Positions 37,953-43,233 of a stretch of DNA of 43,233 nucleotides are shown piece by piece. The notes under the pieces are model-generated. The model saw only the letters and a program-made list of their open reading frames with translations, had not been told where the DNA came from and did not search any database. A program made the translations under genes and the position numbers. Location of the stretch: NCBI GenBank assembly GCA_018396555.1, contig JAGTQL010000001.1, forward strand, positions 22,273 through 65,505. The letters are read 5' to 3'. Every line of letters starts with the position of its first letter. The first letter of the stretch is position 1. The stretch is from Candidatus Bathyarchaeota archaeon. Lineage in GTDB: Archaea > Thermoproteota > Bathyarchaeia > Bathyarchaeales > DTEX01.

Positions 37953-38927
37953 TCAACTCGCGTAAATCCAGCAAGAAACTCTTCGATCTTTTTCTCTTTT
38001 TCCATGCTCAGGTTCTTCCTTTTGGCATATAGGCTTAGAATATGGGCATCTGGGATGAAATCTGCATCCGGAGGGCGGCTGCCTAAGGTCTGGAGGCTGC
38101 CCCTTAAGGCCGGTTCTTTGGGATTTATCTCCAAGCCTTGGCAGAGACTCTATTAGCGCTTCAGTGTATGGATGTAAGGGTTTCTCGAATATTGCTTGGG
38201 TTCCTCCGACCTCAACGATATTACCAGCGTACATTACGCCCATTCTATCGGTCAGAACGGAGTGTATTCCCATATCATGAGATACTAGGACGATTGTGTT
38301 TTTAAGTCTCTCCTGAGCTTTTTTGAGAAACATTAAAGCAGCACGTTGATTAATCACGTCTAAGGCTGATGTGGGCTCATCCGCTAAAACCATAGCTGGC
38401 TGAAGTAGCAGCGCCACAGCAATCACTATTCTCTGCCTCATGCCTCCGCTGAGCTGATGGGGGAAAGCTTGAAGAGCATCGCTTGGCAAACCGAAATCCT
38501 CCACATATTTCCGCGCCATGGCATAGGCTTCTTTCTTCTTCATCCCCGTGTATGTTTTATACATTTCAGCGAAATGATCTTTTACCCTCGTAGTTGGGTT
38601 TAAAACATTCATTGAGTTTTGGGGAATATAGGAAATATGTTTCCACCAAACCGTTTTTCTAAGGTCATCTAAACTAAGCGAGGAAATCATGAAGGATTTT
38701 TCATCGTTTGAATATAGTTCTATGGAGCCGCTTTTTAATTTCAGGGGCGGTTCAATGTAGCCATAGAGTATTTTTACCAGTGTTGATTTTCCACATCCAG
38801 ATTCGCCGGCTACTCCAAAGATTTCATTTTTATATAGCTCCAGAGATACGTTATTCACAGCGTCTACATAGACCTTTGACATTTCATAGCCGCCCTTAAT
38901 GTTTAGGCCCCTGAGAACAAGATCCAT
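37953..38927 (-). CDS. oppD: Opp/Dpp-type ABC transporter ATPase
   Basis: GESGCGKS, LSGGMRQ, DEPT and GCRFHPRC motifs. Confidence 0.92.
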   Translation of the reverse strand: MDLVLRGLNIKGGYEMSKVYVDAVNNVSLELYKNEIFGVAGESGCGKSTLVKILYGYIEPPLKLKSGSIELYSNDEKSFMISSLSLDDLRKTVWWKHISYIPQNSMNVLNPTTRVKDHFAEMYKTYTGMKKKEAYAMARKYVEDFGLPSDALQAFPHQLSGGMRQRIVIAVALLLQPAMVLADEPTSALDVINQRAALMFLKKAQERLKNTIVLVSHDMGIHSVLTDRMGVMYAGNIVEVGGTQAIFEKPLHPYTEALIESLPRLGDKSQRTGLKGQPPDLRQPPSGCRFHPRCPYSKPICQKEEPEHGKREKDRRVSCWIYAS

Positions 38928-38929
38928 AT

Positions 38930-39760
38930 TTATCTTGCTCCTAAAAGTTCACCGATCATGTTAGAAAGTTGATATATGGTTACTATCAACGTTGTGAGCA
39001 GAAGTATTGGGATTATAGGCCACCACCATATCCCCCTTAAGATTGCTTGATACTGCAAAGCCCAATAAAGTATTGATCCTATAGTTGCTTCCTCTAATGT
39101 GGATAAACCGAAGACTGCTATTGTGGTCTCCATGCCTATAGCCCACGTTAACAGCCCTAAGAATGAAACCGCTAACCATTTTATTATGTACGGAAGGTAT
39201 TCTTTAAAAAATATCTCAATCATGCTGTATCCGGAGAGAAGAGCTGTATGGGTGAAAGGTCTTTCCCTTAGGCTTAATATCAAGGATCTTACTGACCTTG
39301 AAGGCCAAGCCCAACCAAATATTGATAGTATTAAGGCTATTAAAATGGGGCTTAAATATTTCCTCCAAGAATAAGTGAGGACTATTAGGGCTGGCAACCC
39401 GGGAATTAAAGAAAAACTATCGATGCATAAGGTTAATATGTTATGTAAAGCCGGGTTTTTCACAAAGCCGGCGGTAGCTCCAAGTAGAAAGGCTATTAAT
39501 ATAGATACGGAAGCTGTTAAAATGCCCAGAGTGATCGAGTTCCTTAATGCGTAGGAGCTTAACCAAAATAAATCTTGCCCAACGGTTGTGGTGCCAAATA
39601 GGAAAGCAGTTGATGGAGGCATATCCCTGGGGACGGTAGCCCATCTTCTAGGATCATAGGGGGCAAAGTAAGGAAGTACGTAAGCGAAGATTAAGTGGGC
39701 CGCTAATACGCCTATGGTTATCGCAAGGGATTTCGTAATTTTCATCTTTTTAACCACCAC
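38930..39760 (-). CDS. oppC: ABC transporter permease
   Basis: FGT..VGQD motif, EAA-like loop and GIWWW; multiple TM segments. Confidence 0.9.
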   Translation of the reverse strand: MVVKKMKITKSLAITIGVLAAHLIFAYVLPYFAPYDPRRWATVPRDMPPSTAFLFGTTTVGQDLFWLSSYALRNSITLGILTASVSILIAFLLGATAGFVKNPALHNILTLCIDSFSLIPGLPALIVLTYSWRKYLSPILIALILSIFGWAWPSRSVRSLILSLRERPFTHTALLSGYSMIEIFFKEYLPYIIKWLAVSFLGLLTWAIGMETTIAVFGLSTLEEATIGSILYWALQYQAILRGIWWWPIIPILLLTTLIVTIYQLSNMIGELLGAR

Positions 39761-40781
39761 CGTATCTGATTCTGGGATCTATAAGTGGGTAAATCAGATC
39801 TAGGATGAGAGCTGCAGTGGCCACTCCCACGATGGAGTAGGACAGTATTCCTAGCATTAAATTGTAGTCGGCGCCAGTAATGGCTTGATAGAGTAGTCTT
39901 CCTAAACCAGGATAGGAGAAGATGTGCTCAGTGATTAAAGCGCCATTGAAGATGTATCCGAGGCTAAGTGCAAGCGCGGTTATCTGAGGCAGTAGACTGT
40001 GTCGCGTAACATATTTAATGATGGTTTTTCGTCTTAATCCCCTTATGACAGCGTAATTAACAAAGTCCTCTCCCTTCACGCTTAACGCTAATGCTTTCAT
40101 TGATAGAAACCAGGAAGCAGCGGAAAGCATAATAATGGATATGGCGGGTATTGAAAGGCGCTTAAACGCTTCGGCTATGAAAGAAAAGGAGAGGGAGAAC
40201 TTAGTCATCCCTGCTCCTCCAACACCCTTATAGATTGGAATAACGAGGCTGAAGAGCAGGAAGAGCAGAAGAGCTAATATTACATATGGAACCGGATAAA
40301 GGCTCATAGCAATCCATTCCAATGCCCTTGATATGCGTTTTTTGCTGAAGATCGCGGCCAGCACTCCAATAATGTTTCCTATCACCCATGATAATATTGT
40401 GGAGAACCCTAACATGAGAATCGTCCATGGAAGAGAATTATATATGAGATCAATAACGGGGGTAGGGAAAGAGGTGAAAGAAGGACCAAAGTTTCCTGAC
40501 AAAACGCCTTTCAAGAATGAAAGATACTGCAGATATGGGGGTTTCTCTAAACCATAAAGCTCCATAATTTGCTGCTTCATCGCTAGGATCTCCTCTGGTC
40601 TGAGATGCGCACCCATGGATAGCAACCTGGAGATTAAGGTTACGCTGGGATCCACCGGATTTGCCCGAGATATAATAAACGTCACTGTAAGCCCAATCCA
40701 AACCGTCAGAAGGAAGAATAGCAGTCTGCTGAGCATGTGGGCGATTAAAGGTTTAAACTTCCTCGATTCCATCTTCTTCAT
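39750..40781 (-). CDS. oppB: ABC transporter permease
   Basis: YGL.KP...QY, ITEHIFSYPGLG and DL.YPLIDPRIR motifs. Confidence 0.9.
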   Translation of the reverse strand: MKKMESRKFKPLIAHMLSRLLFFLLTVWIGLTVTFIISRANPVDPSVTLISRLLSMGAHLRPEEILAMKQQIMELYGLEKPPYLQYLSFLKGVLSGNFGPSFTSFPTPVIDLIYNSLPWTILMLGFSTILSWVIGNIIGVLAAIFSKKRISRALEWIAMSLYPVPYVILALLLFLLFSLVIPIYKGVGGAGMTKFSLSFSFIAEAFKRLSIPAISIIMLSAASWFLSMKALALSVKGEDFVNYAVIRGLRRKTIIKYVTRHSLLPQITALALSLGYIFNGALITEHIFSYPGLGRLLYQAITGADYNLMLGILSYSIVGVATAALILDLIYPLIDPRIRYGGG

Positions 40782-41000
40782 AGTTTTTCTCCGCAACCTT
40801 AGTATCCTACATATTTTTCTCAAGAACGGGTCTATATACTTTACTCAAAATCCTCATTCCTTACGAGAAACTTTGGTGATAAAAGAAGGAATGACGTTAA
40901 CGCGAGTAAAAATAAGGTTTACCATGCAATATTCTTAATCATACTCTTATACATTGTTGCGAAAACAAAAAATAAAAGGAGGTTTTGGGTGTTTTGTTTT

Positions 41001-43120
41001 TTATGCTGTTTTCTTTCTTGATCCTATGAACCAGCCTGCTGCTACGCCGACTATTAGGGCAACTATGCCTGCTCCGGCAACGCTTGCAACATCCACCGTT
41101 GGAACAGCCACCTCCCTCGTAGTCGTCAAGGTCGCCGTGACAGTTTCCGCAGCCTCAGTTTTCGTCGTAGTCACAGTCGTCGTTGTTGTCTCTGTTTTTG
41201 TGACTTCTATCTTTACAGGAATTTCATGTGGTAATCTTAATTGTGGCCTAGGCGGTGTAAACGCATCTTTTGTAGGAACATTACCGGTTGGTCTTATATT
41301 TAATACTATAAAGACGAAGTGTGGCCACCAATATACTGGATCCGAATAGTAGTTTGCTGGATATTCTGGAAAGCCATCCCATACGTATCTGTCATTTAAT
41401 GTGTAGAATGGCACCGGGAGGAACTGAGGCCAAGGTAGCTGTTCTGCCCATATTAGCAGGGCCCTTCTTGCTAATTCAGCAGCCTTCGGATCGTCTGGGT
41501 GCGTCATCTCAAGTTCCTCTAGGATTGCGTCCAGTTCGGCTCTTTTGTCAAAATTGTAGAGAGCAAAATTGCTGTAGTAGAGCCATCCTAAGCCTGGATT
41601 CTCCGGAACACCATATTTGCTATGCCATCTATTTATAATGTCTCCTAGGTCTATCGGAAGGAAGTTGCAGCCTGGGAAGTATGTTACTACTTCAAATTCT
41701 GCCGCCATAAGCTTCGGTGAAAAAACAGCCCATTCTGTAGGTTCAACAACAACATCTACGCCAAATCTTCTCCATTGTTCAGCCACTAGATAGGCAAGTC
41801 TCTGTGATTCGAGCTCAACCTCGGCGAAAGTCATAATCCTAATAGTCCATGGAGTACCATCTGGTAGTCTCCATTTGCCATCCGCGCCCTTTGTGAACCC
41901 AACAGATTTAAGCAGATTCTCAGAGTGGTTGGATCGTACTTCCACCATCCAACATTTGGATCATAGCCAATCTTGATTAGTTCGGGTTCAAGCGGCTTAA
42001 AGTATGCTTTTACAGTAGCCGGTCTCGGTATAATTGGTAGTGGTGAAACAACAGGTTTAGAGCCATCTACCCCTGTGAACGCTTCAACAATCTCTCTTAT
42101 ATCTATGGTAAAAGCTAACGCCCTTCTTACCTCTGTTATATTATATGGCCATCTAAGCAGATTAAAGACCGGTCCCTTCATGCATGCATCATATGGCCAC
42201 GCGTAAGGAGCTCCCTTGCCATAGAAGCCTCCTAACCATTTTTGCATCTCTGGATCACTAATAGCAATTTCTACGACTTCCGGCAGCCATGTCCTAACGG
42301 ATTCAAGTTCATGTCTCATCATAGCTAGACATTCTTTATCGTCTGGACCGTAGTGTATGAAGAGGACATACTTCGGCGCCATTCTCCAACCGTATTTCTT
42401 GGTAGCCCACCAATCCTCATTTCTTTCCCAGAGGAACCAGTTGCCGCCTGGGTCCACATCTTTTAATATGGCTGGACCTAGAGTTAATGGGGGATAATTC
42501 TTGAAGGCTATAGGATCTTCCACTTTCTCCCATACATGTTTAGCCATTAATTGCATTCCGATCTGTGAGGTAAGGAAATAGTGGAATCTTGGATTGGGCT
42601 TTGTGAGTTTGAAAACGACGGTATAATCATCCTCTTTATAGATGTCCTCAACCCATGCAACAACAGTTGCATGCCATGAAAGTCTTGAATCGCGCTTCAG
42701 CAGATTGATCTGGAACACCAGATCATCAGCGGTGTATGGAACTCCATCACTCCACGTGACGCCCCTCCTTATATATACTTTCATAGTCCTAAAGTCTTCA
42801 GAATATTCTGGGTAAGTGGCCGCTACCCAAGGCATCCACTCTCCAGTAGTCGTATCAAAGTGGAAAAGAAAGTTACTACCTAAGTGCCCTAAGCCGTATC
42901 CAACCAAAACTCCAGGCACAAACGGATTAAACATATACGGGTCAGTATATCGCCCAGCATGATTTTCAGCTATATAAACATCTCCTCTAGGCGTACCTGG
43001 AGGCACACCTGGTATTTGAGCCATCACTGAGGTTGGGGTTATTAGTAGCGTTAGAAGAGAAGCTGTAAAATACATCATTAGAATCATAGTTACCGATATG
43101 CCAGAAACTTTTTTGTCCAT
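41001..43120 (-). pseudogene. oppA: Family-5 ABC substrate-binding protein split by a frameshift near 41925-41935
   Basis: N-part (signal peptide, WSDGVPYTADD, ...KYDP) and C-part (SENLLKSVGF...Thr-rich linker, TM anchor) lie in different frames and join into one SBP. Confidence 0.85.
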
Positions 43121-43233
43121 AATGCTCTCCTCCGTTTTTATGTTATTAGAGAACTTATCTCTAAATTCCATATCTTAAGTGTATTGTTATGCATGCTATT
43201 GTTATGAATGCTTTGTATATTGCTGCCAGTCTC

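Overview
Archaeal genomic window (archaeal uL16/L10e, class III signal-peptide pilins, BHB-intron tRNA, GPN-loop GTPase). The gene set looks Bathyarchaeia/Thermoproteota-like, but that assignment is inference only. 1-2.7 kb is housekeeping (dcd-rpl10e-ppsA). At 3061-3202 is a tRNA-Arg(TCT) with two BHB introns, one at the non-canonical 9/10 position, preceded by a leader complementary to its own 3' end. From 3.2 to about 15.4 kb is a decayed accessory/defence island: integrase stub, several toxin-antitoxin modules and fragments, HEPN-MNT, an IS982 remnant, a MITE, and a DNA methyltransferase with a convergent PD-(D/E)xK-like nuclease. Next come three paralogous pilins, a second MITE type upstream of a WOR5-like tungsten oxidoreductase operon, a RidA/SelA-like/amidohydrolase operon and sugar-catabolism genes. 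The window ends with a CPBP protease-glycosyltransferase (PMT-like) fusion and an Opp/Dpp-type ABC transporter whose substrate-binding gene is frameshifted. No CRISPR array or rRNA was seen. All family assignments come from motif recognition by eye; no searches were run.
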